Shown: positions 63,162 to 64,000 of the stretch, in pieces
Layout: every line of letters begins with the position of its first letter
Numbering within the stretch: position 1 is the stretch's first letter
NCBI GenBank assembly: GCA_964486045.1
Contig: CAZALK010000009.1
Location: 32,001 to 96,000 of the forward strand
Source: an uncultured archaeon
GTDB lineage: Archaea; Asgardarchaeota; Lokiarchaeia; Sigyniarchaeales; SOKP01
Reading direction: 5' to 3'
Length of the DNA: 64,000 nt
Position numbers and translations under genes: made by a program
The notes under the pieces: generated by a model
Databases searched by the model: none
Seen by the model: only the letters and a program-made list of their open reading frames with translations
Told to the model about the DNA's origin: nothing

Positions 63162-63998
63162 TTATATTTCCTGAAGAGGTGCTTTTTTTTGTTCCTTTCT
63201 GAGGTTCTTAAAGATATCGTTGACAATTTTTTCAAATGTTTGGCGTCTTTCAGAGGTTTTTATGTAGGGATCAGTAATTTTTCCAGCTTTTTCCAGTTCA
63301 TCTGCTTCTTCCTTTGATACTATAATATTATCCCCATTTTCTTTGGTTATAACACAACCTGAATTTGTAAGTATACGATAGTTTTCATCGGTTTCATCAT
63401 GATTACCTGAGCAAATTAATTGGCAGTTACCACAGGTCAAGATAAAATTTTCTGTAAATGTATTTGATGCTATTTCACCGGATGTTATATATTCTCGAGC
63501 AACTTTATCATTTATCAATTTGGATTCCCCGTAAGTACCTTCTTCACCAGCTAGACGTAATTTTTCTACTGGATGTGTGAATAAATGAACAAAAGTGCGA
63601 TCCGCATCTTCAAATGTTTCGGGATATGGAGTCCTACCAGGAGACCATGTAGACCATTCTCCTGTTTTATCCAAACCAGAGAGTCCTCCACAAACAGCAT
63701 AACAACGTGATACATTATTTCGTTTTGAAAATGAAAAAGTGTATCCACCCATTGTATATGAGTCCTCCTCCTTCTTATCAAACATTCTATAGGCACAAAC
63801 ATTTACGCAGAGCTTGCATTTATCGCAGGGTGATTCTTCAGGAGGGATCGGATCTGTGGGTTCTAATTTTGCTGACGTAACGAGTGCTCCTAATAAAACA
63901 CCGGCTCCGTGTCCTTTAACTAATATATTCCCGGACCAACCTATTGAGCCGACTCCTGATCTGGCTGCTACTAGTCTCAGGGCGAGAAGAGGTGGTAA
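63162..63998 (-). CDS. Epoxyqueuosine reductase/reductive dehalogenase-like Fe-S protein, 5'-partial
   Basis: The frame is open to the window edge: AARSGVGSIGWSGN...LGALVTSAKLEP...CDKCKLCVNVCA...RCYAVC...TCGNCQLIC. Confidence 0.75.
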   Translation of the reverse strand, partial: LPPLLALRLVAARSGVGSIGWSGNILVKGHGAGVLLGALVTSAKLEPTDPIPPEESPCDKCKLCVNVCAYRMFDKKEEDSYTMGGYTFSFSKRNNVSRCYAVCGGLSGLDKTGEWSTWSPGRTPYPETFEDADRTFVHLFTHPVEKLRLAGEEGTYGESKLINDKVAREYITSGEIASNTFTENFILTCGNCQLICSGNHDETDENYRILTNSGCVITKENGDNIIVSKEEADELEKAGKITDPYIKTSERRQTFEKIVNDIFKNLRKEQKKAPLQEI

Positions 63999-64000
63999 TT

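Noticed and set aside
1-64000. CRISPR array, tRNA/rRNA, IS element, integron cassette array
   Set aside because: I found no regularly spaced repeats, cloverleafs, transposase/integrase ORFs or recurring attC-like sites by eye. tRNAscan-SE and cmscan would be needed to exclude small RNAs.

Overview
AT-rich archaeal DNA, most likely Asgard (Lokiarchaeia). This is inferred from the Loki-type LRR-protein N-terminal domain, IPGY-TM-basic C-terminal anchors, GGTGA Shine-Dalgarno (SD) sites and oligo-T terminators. The window is a heterotrophic, lipid-metabolism accessory region of about 50 genes. It contains hydrolases, an RPH-like PEP-utilising enzyme, a GH32 fructanase, and a peptide ABC importer whose two ATPases are fused to large membrane domains. 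It also has a tandem-duplicated F420-type LLM oxidoreductase with a 3' structured element more conserved than the gene, and an orphan glycyl-radical enzyme. From about 25.9 to 60.4 kb there is an acyl-CoA cluster: 3 ligases, 4 crotonases, a 3-hydroxyacyl-CoA dehydrogenase, a thiolase, 3 FabK/NMO flavoproteins, 2 UroD/MtaA-like proteins and DmsAB, but no acyl-CoA dehydrogenase. Reading beyond the ORF track shows four otherwise intact genes broken by a single in-frame stop (3 TAG, 1 TGA), two genes that appear to start at ATT or ATA behind a GGTGA SD, and several short terminal gene remnants. I saw no rRNA, tRNA, CRISPR array or transposase. All assignments are by motif reading only; no searches were run.
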